From assembly GCA_002412425.1 (NCBI GenBank), contig DHVB01000031.1, forward strand, positions 14,782 to 78,781: 64,000 nucleotides of DNA, given 5' to 3'. Each line of letters starts with the position of its first letter. Position 1 is the stretch's first letter. This DNA is from Bacteroidales bacterium UBA5219 (GTDB lineage: Bacteria > Bacteroidota > Bacteroidia > Bacteroidales > ML635J-15). Below, piece by piece: positions 18,284-27,407 of this stretch. Below the pieces are notes generated by a model that was not told the origin of the DNA, did not search any database, and saw only the letters and a list, made by a program, of their open reading frames with translations. The translations under genes and the position numbers were made by a program.

Positions 18284-19006
18284 TTATTCCAAAAATTCTA
18301 TTTCTTTAAAATAAAACTTTTCAATTTTATCAGCTACTTCAACAAGTAAATAACCATAATTATCAACACCACGAATTATTCCCTCAAACTCTTGAAATTC
18401 TGATTTGAATCTTGATTTTTCTTGATATTTATACAAATTACTCAAATATAAATCTCTAAGAAAATTAAAATCTTTAAACTTATATTTATCAAAATTTGCT
18501 ACAATTGTATTTGATAATAATTGAATTTCATCATCAATATTATATTCGATATTTGTTACATTTTTTAAAGAAATAGGATTTGGTAAATCTTGTGGAAATT
18601 TATCTTGATTCAAATTTAAACCTATTCCAATTATCGAGTTGGTAATAATATTGCCTGTAATTGTATTTTCGATAAGTATTCCAGCAAGTTTTTTGTTTTT
18701 TAGATAAATATCATTGGGCCATTTTATTTTGCTTAAAACACCCTTTAAACTCAAATAATCAAAAATACTTAAAGAAACTATTATGCTTATATTAAAATGT
18801 TCATCAGCTTTAAAATTATTAAACAACAACAACGAAAAAGTTAAATTTTTATAATCATCAGAAAACCAAGTATTTTTACCCATTCCTCGACCTTCTGATT
18901 GAGTATTTGTGTAAATTAAAGTATTTTCAAAAACAAGTTTTTTGCTTAATAATTCTTTAGCATACAAATTTGTTGAATTTACTTTTTCTAATTTTATAAT
19001 TTTCAT
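18284..19006 (-). CDS. birA: biotin--[acetyl-CoA-carboxylase] ligase
   Basis: GRGMGKNTWFS (GRGRxGRxW-type) and KWPNDIY motifs. Confidence 0.85.
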   Translation of the reverse strand: MKIIKLEKVNSTNLYAKELLSKKLVFENTLIYTNTQSEGRGMGKNTWFSDDYKNLTFSLLLFNNFKADEHFNISIIVSLSIFDYLSLKGVLSKIKWPNDIYLKNKKLAGILIENTITGNIITNSIIGIGLNLNQDKFPQDLPNPISLKNVTNIEYNIDDEIQLLSNTIVANFDKYKFKDFNFLRDLYLSNLYKYQEKSRFKSEFQEFEGIIRGVDNYGYLLVEVADKIEKFYFKEIEFLE

Positions 19007-19060
19007 TATAGGTAACTAAACCCGAATATTGAAATAGATACTTATAAAATATGATTTTTT

Positions 19061-19807
19061 TTAATTAAATTCATAAATCAATCCCGCTTTCAAACCAAGA
19101 TATAAAGGATTGGTTTTAAACACCTTAGACTCTTTTTCACTAACCCAAGGTCTAACATCTTTAGTATAACCTAAAGCATTAATTCCTTCTAAATCAGAAA
19201 TAATAAAATTACATCTTAATCCGAAATTAAATTTTAAAGCGTCTTCGATTAAATTAATATTTGTACCAAAACCTATAACAGCTCCAAAACCAAAATCTTT
19301 AAACGTTTCTTTTACATCTACATTTTCTCTATTAGCAAAATCAGTATAAAAAGGTATATCTTTATAAACTGCTATAACATAATTACCATCGAACTTTTTA
19401 TTATAAGTTGCTTGATTTACAAGTGAAAAAATTCCACCAAATTCAAAATATACAGATTTTCCAAGTTTCAACAATAGTGGAAAATCCATGGTATTTAATA
19501 CAAGCGAAGAATTATAATAAGCTCTCTCATCAACAAATGGAATATTAAAATCACCTCTATATTTTTGTGAAATTTTATTAATATTCATATTTAACTCTAA
19601 ACCAACTATATCTGAGAAATAATATCCTGCAATAACACCATAATAATTTCCAAACGAAGCTTCAACATCCATTTCAGGACCTTCAGCAAAAACTTGATCA
19701 TTCATAAGCCAAGTACTATTATATGCAAACTGTCCACCTAAATAAAATTGACTATATCCTTTAAAAATAAAACAAATAAAAAGGCTTATTAAAACTATTT
19801 TTTTCAT
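19061..19807 (-). CDS. outer-membrane beta-barrel protein (PorT/OprF-N-like)
   Basis: Signal peptide, alternating beta-strand pattern and a C-terminal aromatic residue (YEFN). Confidence 0.65.
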   Translation of the reverse strand: MKKIVLISLFICFIFKGYSQFYLGGQFAYNSTWLMNDQVFAEGPEMDVEASFGNYYGVIAGYYFSDIVGLELNMNINKISQKYRGDFNIPFVDERAYYNSSLVLNTMDFPLLLKLGKSVYFEFGGIFSLVNQATYNKKFDGNYVIAVYKDIPFYTDFANRENVDVKETFKDFGFGAVIGFGTNINLIEDALKFNFGLRCNFIISDLEGINALGYTKDVRPWVSEKESKVFKTNPLYLGLKAGLIYEFN

Positions 19808-19856
19808 TACTTAAATTTTAAAATCATTAACTATAAACTTAAAAACGCAAATATAA

Positions 19857-20846
19857 TTATTTTATATTTAACTTTTTAGAAATTTCTAACATTTTTATAA
19901 TTGACTTTTCTGCTTTTTGTCTAAGTTCTTCATCTATTATAATTTCTGGAAGCTCAAATTTCAAACAATTATACAATTTTTCCATTGTATTAAGTTTCAT
20001 AAAATTACAATCATTAAAAGCATTTTTAGAACTTGGAGCAGGAATAAAAATTTTATTTGGACTCACCTTTTGCATTTGATGCAAAATTCCTGGTTCTGTT
20101 GCTATAATAAATTTTTTAGCACTATCGGTTTGTGTAAATTTTAACAAACTTGATGTACTTCCAATATGTTCGGAAATATTAAGTATAGAAGTTTCACATT
20201 CGGGATGTGCAATAATCTTAGCATCAGGATTTTCTGACTTTAATTTTAAAATTGCTTCTAAATCAAATTGTTTATGAACATGACAAGCTCCATTCCACAA
20301 AAGCATATTTCTACCTGTTGCGTTGTTTATATAAGCACCTAAATTTTTATCGGGACCAAAAATAATTTTTTCATCTTTAGGTAAACTGTCAACAATTTGT
20401 TTGGCATTAGAAGAAGTTACTATTATATCTGTTAAAGCCTTTATTGCAGCTGTTGTATTTACGTATGAAATAACTGTATGTCCAGGATTATCTTTTATAA
20501 ACTTTTCAAAATCTTTTTCCATACAAGATTCAGCTAAAGAACAACTTGCTTTCAAGTCAGGAATTAAAACTTTTTTATTTGGTGATAGTATTTTTGCAGT
20601 TTCAGCCATAAAGTGAACACCTAAAAATACAATAATATCAGCATTAGTTTCAGCAGCTTGTTGCGACAATTGTAAACTATCACCAACATAATCAGATATA
20701 TCTTGTAAGTCGCCACTAATGTAGTAATGTCCTAAAATTACGGCATTTTTCTCTTTTTTTAATTTTTTAATTTCTTCAGCAATATCAATACCTTTAAGAA
20801 TTTCAATTTTTAAAAACCCAAAATTTTCCAAGTCTGATTTATTCAT
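19857..20846 (-). CDS. nadA: quinolinate synthase
   Basis: ILGHYY, FLGVHFMAETAKIL and conserved Fe-S cysteine positions. Length is 329 aa. Confidence 0.95.
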   Translation of the reverse strand: MNKSDLENFGFLKIEILKGIDIAEEIKKLKKEKNAVILGHYYISGDLQDISDYVGDSLQLSQQAAETNADIIVFLGVHFMAETAKILSPNKKVLIPDLKASCSLAESCMEKDFEKFIKDNPGHTVISYVNTTAAIKALTDIIVTSSNAKQIVDSLPKDEKIIFGPDKNLGAYINNATGRNMLLWNGACHVHKQFDLEAILKLKSENPDAKIIAHPECETSILNISEHIGSTSSLLKFTQTDSAKKFIIATEPGILHQMQKVSPNKIFIPAPSSKNAFNDCNFMKLNTMEKLYNCLKFELPEIIIDEELRQKAEKSIIKMLEISKKLNIK

Positions 20847-21329
20847 AATAATATTAATTTTTATTAATTAATTTAAAATATGATTATTATTATTAGTTGT
20901 TAATATTGTTTAAAAATAATTAATATTTATTTTAATTCGCTTGCAAATATCACTTATTAAATTTTATAAACAATGAAATTTTCAAACTTTCTTTGATTTT
21001 CAATATTTTAATTTTTTTATTCACAACTGTTAATAGTTTTTATTAAAAGCATTTTTAAGTATTATTTTTTTAATTTTCGTGTATAAAATTGTTAATTATT
21101 TTGTAAAAATTTGTGCTAAGTATTTTGGAATTTTCAAAATTTTTTATATCTAAGTTTTGTTTGAATTAAAAAAATTAATTTATTAAAAGTTATCGACAAA
21201 ATATTTATTGTTTTATATAAGTTGTTAATATTTTACAAGATTGAAAATCAAGCATTTAAAAATTTTTGGTTTTTTAATTGTTTATGTAACAGTAAATTAA
21301 CAGGTTTGTAATATTGTTGATAAAAAAAT

Positions 21330-21368
21330 GTCAGTTGAAAGTTTTTAAAGTTCATAAAGTTTTTAAAG
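21330..21368. repeat. AAAGTT short-period array (single arm)
   Basis: gtcagttgaaagtttttaaagttcataaagtttttaaag. It belongs to the same family as the arrays at 52241, 58397 and 60124. Confidence 0.7.
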
Positions 21369-21424
21369 AAGGTAAATGTTTGATAGTTAATGGTTTGTTC
21401 GTAAACAACAGCCAGCGGTGTAAT

Positions 21425-24400
21425 TTACCAAACTCTAAAATCATTCATTAAATTTTCTTGTCGTGAAGTAGGTTGTTGTTTACCATTGCTAAGTTCTTTA
21501 ACACCGTTAAAAATATAATTTCTTAATTCGGAAACGCTTATAATTTTGTCTTTATTGGTGTCGGCTTTTCCTTTTTGAATACCGTTAATTAAGCAATATG
21601 TAAAAATACCGTTTTCAATTTTTTCGATTTCTAAAGCGTAACCACTTCCTGAAGCAGCTGAAATAACAACTGTTCCTGTTCCTTTTTTCAAATCAGCAAA
21701 TAATAAACGCATTAATTCAAATGAATTTCTTAATCCTGTTTTTGGCTTATTTTTGTTTTTATTTGTAAACATTGTTACACCCCTAGTATCATCTTCGCTA
21801 TTTTTATCGTCTGTAGCAAAATCATCATCTTTATCAACTTCGCCAGAGTGACAAGCATCCATTAATAATAATTTATTTCGTGCTGGAATACCGTCTAAAA
21901 TGCCTTCTATTTCATCATATTTTAAACCATTTTTAGCTGGATCGTCAAAATCTATATCAACAGTTGCAAAATAAAAATCTAATTCATCATCTAGCAGACC
22001 GTGTCCTGCAATGTGTACATAAACATAATCATCTACTTTGCTTTTCATTAATTTATCTTTTAATGCCAACACATTATCTCTTGTACATTCTTTATTATGA
22101 AGTGAATAAACATTTACATTATTAAAAGATTTACTATTCTCAAAAAGTTTCATAAATCCATCGCCGTCATTTATTGTATATCTTAAATTGTATTCTGATT
22201 GTTCATATTCTGAAACAGCTAAGGAAATTAAATATAAATCTGGTTTTTCTTTATTGGCTTTATCATAAAAAATCTTTACTTCTTGTTTTAAAGATTCTAC
22301 ACCTTTAGAATTTAGGCATGAAATATAAATATAATTATCACCATCTGATAAAGGAATTTCTACTTCTTTAATTATAGATTTTGAATTTTCTTCTAATAAA
22401 GATAATCCTTTTGTACCATAAATAGGCACATCGTTTACATATATATTTAGTCTATCTAAAACATAATTATGGTCTAGCATTTCTAAATTTAATTTACAAG
22501 TTTTTTGAGTTGTTTTTAAGCTAATATTAGCAGCATTAGCAATTTTTATTTCTGGTAAATCAATTTTGCCGTCCAACATTTTTTCGGTAAAACCAAGTTT
22601 TGCTAAACGTTTTTGATATGCTTTATGATAAACATCAATAATATCTTCATCAAAATATCCAAAAGATTCTAAAATATAATCTGGGCGATTAAATTTAAGG
22701 TCAAATTGTTCGGCAGGAAAAACTTTTCCATTAAAATTAAATCCCATTCCTGTTAGTGCATCGCCAGTTGCCATGTAGTAATTATCGGGAGTAATAAAAA
22801 TTAATTTACCCATATCCACAACATAAATACTTAGCAAAATTTCTCCTGTTGATAAGTCCCATACATTCATAGAAGCATCTTCAGCAGCACTAATTAAATA
22901 ATCTTTGCCTTTTAATATTTGAAAATCATTTATAGGTCCTCTATGTCCTTTAAAAGTTATTTCTTTTCCATTATGTTTTCTTATAATTTCATATCCATTA
23001 CAAGTGTAAACATCGCCATTGCTATAATCTTTTTTAACAATATAATTATCTGCTGATTTTTCTTTTATAATTTCTGTAATTAAGAGATTATTAGGATTTT
23101 CTTTATTTAATAAATTACTAGTATTATTACTTTCTTGTTGCTTATATCCAGTAATATTCATATTAAATTTAACTCCACGATCTTGCTCTTCACCTAAACC
23201 GATAAAATCTTTATTATCAGTAAAAATTATTTGATGAAAAATATGTTTATTATCTTTTGAGCCTAAACCCAAATTTGTTCTTTTTGATTTTCTTTGTTCT
23301 TTAGGCAAATTTATTTTTAAACCAGATATTGATGATACTTTCAAAACAGGATTTGATAAACCCCATTTTCCGCCAGAATAGGCAATGTTTTTACCATCTG
23401 GGCTAATTGCAACTGAATATACATTTTCATCAAACCAATTTTTGCGTGTTTTATCATCGCTACTTGCTCTTTGCTGTATTCCTTTAATATTGAAAGTTTG
23501 TTTTGCTTTTGTTGATTTAGGGTGTAAAATAAAATATTGTAAAACTTTTTTATTTTCAAAATCCACTATTGCTGCTCTATTATCGCCTCCTGCAGTGCCT
23601 ATAATATTTGAATTTGGTGAAAAACAAATATCGTTTATTTTTCCATTATGTGCATTAATTCCTTCGCAACTAACTTTATCTTCTTCAAATTTTAGTAAAT
23701 AAACAAAACCAAGCTCGTCTCCAAAAGCAATTAAATTATCATTACTAAAACTTTCTAAACTTGAAATATTAAAGCTACGTGGAATTATACGTTTTTCCAA
23801 ATCATAACTTGGAGTTTGCCAAACTGATATTGACCTATCTGCTGAAGCTACTGCTACATATTTATTATTGGGTGAAAAAGCAATATGGTTAATTCTTGCA
23901 AAGTGAGATTTAGTAAATTTTTTAACTTTTAATTTATTATTACAAAAATACAAACCGCCTTTTTCGTCTCCAGCAACAATAATATTTTCATCGTTAGATG
24001 TTATTGCATAAGTAAAATCAGTATATGCATCACGATTATATAGTTTAGACATGCCTTTTCTAACCACAGAGCCTTTCATTTTTAATTTATCAGTTCTAGT
24101 TTTCATAGAATACTGCTCAAAAGAAATATTAAGTTCTAATTTCAAGGTCAACATATCGAAGTGGTAAACTAATGATTGACCATAAATATATAAATCTCTT
24201 TCGTTTTTAAAGTTTAAAGCAACTAAATCATCTTGAGCTTGAATTTTTGTTGAATAAAATACTTTCCCTGATATTAAATCGTTGATTACTAATTCGTTAT
24301 TAGAATCAATACTTGCTACATATCTAGATGTTGGGTCCCATTCAACAAATAAAACACTGCCTGTATGTCCTGTTTGAACAACAGGAATAATTGTTTGAGA

Positions 24401-24457
24401 GCTTAAATAAAAAGTATTAAGCAATAATAGCAAAAATATGTAAATTGACTTTTTCAT
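21425..24457 (-). CDS. secreted WD40-repeat protein with C-terminal caspase-like (peptidase C14) domain
   Basis: Signal peptide and multiple WD40 units (GHTGSV..., HFARINHIAFSPNNKYVAVASADRSISVWQ, GHRGPIND...). Caspase His-Cys dyad is HIAGHG / LLLMDACHSG. An EF-hand-like loop (DTNKDKIISVSE) lies near the C-terminus. Confidence 0.85.
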   Translation of the reverse strand: MKKSIYIFLLLLLNTFYLSSQTIIPVVQTGHTGSVLFVEWDPTSRYVASIDSNNELVINDLISGKVFYSTKIQAQDDLVALNFKNERDLYIYGQSLVYHFDMLTLKLELNISFEQYSMKTRTDKLKMKGSVVRKGMSKLYNRDAYTDFTYAITSNDENIIVAGDEKGGLYFCNNKLKVKKFTKSHFARINHIAFSPNNKYVAVASADRSISVWQTPSYDLEKRIIPRSFNISSLESFSNDNLIAFGDELGFVYLLKFEEDKVSCEGINAHNGKINDICFSPNSNIIGTAGGDNRAAIVDFENKKVLQYFILHPKSTKAKQTFNIKGIQQRASSDDKTRKNWFDENVYSVAISPDGKNIAYSGGKWGLSNPVLKVSSISGLKINLPKEQRKSKRTNLGLGSKDNKHIFHQIIFTDNKDFIGLGEEQDRGVKFNMNITGYKQQESNNTSNLLNKENPNNLLITEIIKEKSADNYIVKKDYSNGDVYTCNGYEIIRKHNGKEITFKGHRGPINDFQILKGKDYLISAAEDASMNVWDLSTGEILLSIYVVDMGKLIFITPDNYYMATGDALTGMGFNFNGKVFPAEQFDLKFNRPDYILESFGYFDEDIIDVYHKAYQKRLAKLGFTEKMLDGKIDLPEIKIANAANISLKTTQKTCKLNLEMLDHNYVLDRLNIYVNDVPIYGTKGLSLLEENSKSIIKEVEIPLSDGDNYIYISCLNSKGVESLKQEVKIFYDKANKEKPDLYLISLAVSEYEQSEYNLRYTINDGDGFMKLFENSKSFNNVNVYSLHNKECTRDNVLALKDKLMKSKVDDYVYVHIAGHGLLDDELDFYFATVDIDFDDPAKNGLKYDEIEGILDGIPARNKLLLMDACHSGEVDKDDDFATDDKNSEDDTRGVTMFTNKNKNKPKTGLRNSFELMRLLFADLKKGTGTVVISAASGSGYALEIEKIENGIFTYCLINGIQKGKADTNKDKIISVSELRNYIFNGVKELSNGKQQPTSRQENLMNDFRVW

Positions 24458-24465
24458 ATCGTTTA

Positions 24466-25227
24466 TTATTTTTTATAATATTGTAAAATTTTTGACTCAT
24501 CTTCTCTTTTAAAAGGAACTAAATAACTTAAACCAAAACCAGCATAGCCTCTTAACTCAGGTGTTTTTGAGTATGATGTTAATGGTGAAAAACTCACAAA
24601 TAAATGAGTTACTAAAAATTTAGTTGGGTAAATATCAAATCCAAATTTTGGGCATATTTGAAAACCAATATTACTTAGACTTGAAAACATACTGTTTTGT
24701 GGAAAAATGATTTTATCATTAGTTTTGTTATCTAAACTTGGATATGTTAAAAATTGCGAACCATTATGGTCATTTACAATAATTGTGTTGCTAACAGTAT
24801 ATTTAAAATCTGCACCAATACTTAAAGCTAAATGAAATTTAAAAACATAAAAATGTAATTTATACATTGCACCTACAAATGGATTTATCATTAAAGACGA
24901 TAATTTTAAACTATCGCTATTATTACCAAAAACTGGAATATCTGGATCAATATTCAAATTATAATTAGCCATTGAAATTTCTAATCCAGGCGTTAATGTT
25001 AGTCTATGTCGTTTATATCCAAAATCAAAAGGGAAACCAAAACTTATGTTATGTCCAATGGCGTTGCGTGGTGTTGCTAAATATGAACTATCTTCATAAT
25101 TTATTTCAAAATTATCAGCATAACTTAAATAACCATAAGCATAAGAAACATGATAGCCTCTAATTGCTTGTTGTGAAAAACAAAGGCTTGTAATTAAAAT
25201 GAAAAACAAAAAAAATATTTTTTTCAT
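24466..25227 (-). CDS. predicted outer-membrane beta-barrel protein
   Basis: Signal peptide (MKKIFFLFFILITSLCFSQQ) and alternating hydrophobic pattern. It sits 8 nt upstream of the caspase gene on the same strand. Confidence 0.55.
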   Translation of the reverse strand: MKKIFFLFFILITSLCFSQQAIRGYHVSYAYGYLSYADNFEINYEDSSYLATPRNAIGHNISFGFPFDFGYKRHRLTLTPGLEISMANYNLNIDPDIPVFGNNSDSLKLSSLMINPFVGAMYKLHFYVFKFHLALSIGADFKYTVSNTIIVNDHNGSQFLTYPSLDNKTNDKIIFPQNSMFSSLSNIGFQICPKFGFDIYPTKFLVTHLFVSFSPLTSYSKTPELRGYAGFGLSYLVPFKREDESKILQYYKK

Positions 25228-25339
25228 ATGCTAAATTTTAATTTAAACATCTAAAACTAATAAAATTAAGATTTTAAACAACAAAAGTATAATATTTATT
25301 TGATATTAAAGTAAATTTTGAAGCAAAATAAGAAAAAAA

Positions 25340-25460
25340 TATTTTCCCTGCTCTCTCAGACTTTCCTGCTTAATCCAGCTTATGCAAATTTTCCCCGCAC
25401 AACCCCGAGCGAGCATCTGGGTGTTGGAAGCGAGCTCAGCGAAGCTAAATCCGATCAAAT
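25340..25460. repeat. GC-rich intergenic element (CCCCG-AGCGAGC family)
   Basis: Contains ttttccccgcacaaccccgagcgagcatctgggtgttggaagcgagc. Related copies lie at 58365-58395 and 60195-60295. It explains the spurious ORF 25318..25554. Confidence 0.7.
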
Positions 25461-25510
25461 AGGTAAAATTGTATTAAATAATTTTAAAACAACTTATTAT
25501 TCATATCTTG

Positions 25511-25588
25511 TTTGTCAGTTTAAAACTGTTTTTGGGGATATAAAACGTAATTAAATTATTTTTAATTTTATTCCTCAAAAATACAAAA
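25511..25588. repeat. left copy of an ~80-nt imperfect direct repeat flanking the AbiE cassette
   Basis: The blocks tttgtcag.ttaaaactg...atataaaac.taattaaat...ctcaaaaatacaaaa are shared with 27216-27301. Confidence 0.7.
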
Positions 25589-25590
25589 GA

Positions 25591-26391
25591 TTATTGTATA
25601 TCTAAGTTTTTCAAATGTCTCATTACTTCTCGCTCCACTTGTTCAAAATCTGGCAAGTCTTTAATTTGGTCTTTCATTGATTTTTGCCATCTGGCTTTAT
25701 ATTGTGGCAAGCGTAGTTTCAATTTATTTGAAAAATCAAAAGGGTTAATATTTTTATTTTTACATTTTGCAATAAATTCATTTTTACAAAAATTAAGGTC
25801 TAACTTTTGAATTTCTAACAAATACCATATGTCGAAAAAATCTCTTGCTTGCATTCTTTGCATTACAGAGCGCAATTTTTCCACAAGGATTTCTTCAAGT
25901 GAGTAACAAAGCAATTTATGTTTTCCCTGATCAGAATAAGGAATAATAACTTCTTTAAACTCAGGAGCAAATAATAGTTTTTTATTTTTAGAAATATCAA
26001 CTTTTACTTGTTTATTTGCTCCGATACCACCTAATGGTCCAACATATTTGATGTAAAAATTTATTTCTCTAAGATCATTATAATCAGCAAATTCTAATGG
26101 AATATTTGTTTCCTCTTTGATATAATCAAACACTTCTTTAAAATATTGAAATATTTGTTGATTAGAAATACTATTGTCAAGAAGTGTAAAATCAAGATCT
26201 TCTGAAAATCTGTAATTTTCAAAATAAACTTTTTTTAATACAGTTCCTCCTTTAAAAACTATTAATTTTGAAAGAACTTTGTGCGTGGCAATACCTTGCA
26301 AAATCCAAGATAAGACATAATCTTTCTCTATTTGTTGGTCACGCACACCTACTTTTCGTGCAATCTTTTATATTTCTCCTGGTTTTATCAT
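25591..26391 (-). pseudogene. abiEii: AbiEii/AbiGii-family nucleotidyltransferase toxin with an in-frame TAA at codon 8
   Basis: IEKDYVLSW, FKGGTVLKK and SEDLDF motifs. The ATG at 26391-26389 overlaps the abiEi stop (ATGA). TAA lies at 26370-26368 and the frame is open again from GTG at 26346. Confidence 0.8.
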
Positions 26392-27209
26392 GTGTATATT
26401 ACTGTTTTTATAGTTTCTGTTTCAATATTTTGCTGAATACTCCATTTTGTTGTTATTTTTCCTGATTTTGGTAGTTCTGTATCTAAAATTATAATGGAAT
26501 CTGTTCTTAGTTTTTGCAAGTCGTCAATTATGGCAGTTTTTATTTCTAATATCTCCAATAAAAAGCCTAATCGTTTTATAATGGCTTGTGAATTAAATTT
26601 AATAACATAATCTAGCAAGATATCATAATTAATTTTTTCTCGTACAATATAAATTGCCCTTGCTATTTCTACAATACCACCAGCATAATCAGGCTTAAAT
26701 AAACAATCAACAAATGTTTTTTCTAAGTCAGAACAAATCACTTTATTATAGTTGTCTATCCATATTTTTTTTGCACCAAAAAAATGTTGTTTATTATGAT
26801 AAATAAATTGAAAATCTACACCTTTAATATTTAAAGTTGAGGGTTTTACTTGTTCTGAAACAACAATTTGTACTTTCAATGAAGGCTGAACAATTAAATT
26901 ATGTATTTGTAAAGCGGAATAATACCCAATATAATAATTTGCTCCATTTACTAAATACTCCGCAAGAAGGTGCCAATCAGGCATAAAATTCTCAGGGTTT
27001 TCCTCATACGGAATAATGTAATATATACCTCGTTTTATTCTCATTAACAATCCTCTGCGTGTCATATCTCTGAGCAACTCTCTCAAACTACTGTCTTTGG
27101 ATTTTGGTAAAGCTTTTTTTGCTTGTTCATAATCAAAACATTTTATGTCCTGCTCATTAAAATATGTGAGGATTGCATTAGATTGTTTTGATATTGACTT
27201 ATTGTTCAT
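26388..27209 (-). CDS. abiEi: AbiEi-family type IV TA antitoxin / transcriptional regulator
   Basis: N-terminal wHTH (LRELLRDMTRRGLLMRIKRGIYYIIP). It lies directly upstream of abiEii. Confidence 0.8.
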   Translation of the reverse strand: MNNKSISKQSNAILTYFNEQDIKCFDYEQAKKALPKSKDSSLRELLRDMTRRGLLMRIKRGIYYIIPYEENPENFMPDWHLLAEYLVNGANYYIGYYSALQIHNLIVQPSLKVQIVVSEQVKPSTLNIKGVDFQFIYHNKQHFFGAKKIWIDNYNKVICSDLEKTFVDCLFKPDYAGGIVEIARAIYIVREKINYDILLDYVIKFNSQAIIKRLGFLLEILEIKTAIIDDLQKLRTDSIIILDTELPKSGKITTKWSIQQNIETETIKTVIYT

Positions 27210-27215
27210 AGTCTA

Positions 27216-27301
27216 TTTGTCAGCTTAAAACTGCCTACAAAGATATAAAACATAATTAAATAATAAAATTATTTTTTATTTATTTCTCAAAAATACAAAA
27301 A
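27216..27301. repeat. right copy of the direct repeat flanking the AbiE cassette
   Basis: See 25511-25588. On the minus strand it contains tgtatttttg (TAttTTTG box), positioned upstream of abiEi. Confidence 0.7.
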
Positions 27302-27377
27302 AATCCACATTACACATTTATAAAAACCATTAAAAAACAAATCATTTTTAAGATTTGCATATTTTGGTCTAGAAATA

Positions 27378-27385
27378 TATATTTG
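27378..27385 (+). promoter_or_regulatory. TAtaTTTG -7 box upstream of ileS
   Basis: Matches the consensus and lies 23 nt upstream of the ATG at 27408. Confidence 0.4.
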
Positions 27386-27407
27386 CAACTTTAAAGTTTA
27401 TAGATAG

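Noticed and set aside
20847-21424. Chromosomal replication origin (long AT-rich spacer)
   Set aside because: Only one DnaA-box-like 9-mer is present (TTATCGACA at 21190-21198). There is no cluster of boxes and no dnaA/dnaN/gidA-type neighbours.
25318-25554. 78-aa plus-strand ORF
   Set aside because: It consists largely of the GC-rich repeat element and the left AbiE-flanking repeat. It has no start context or motifs.
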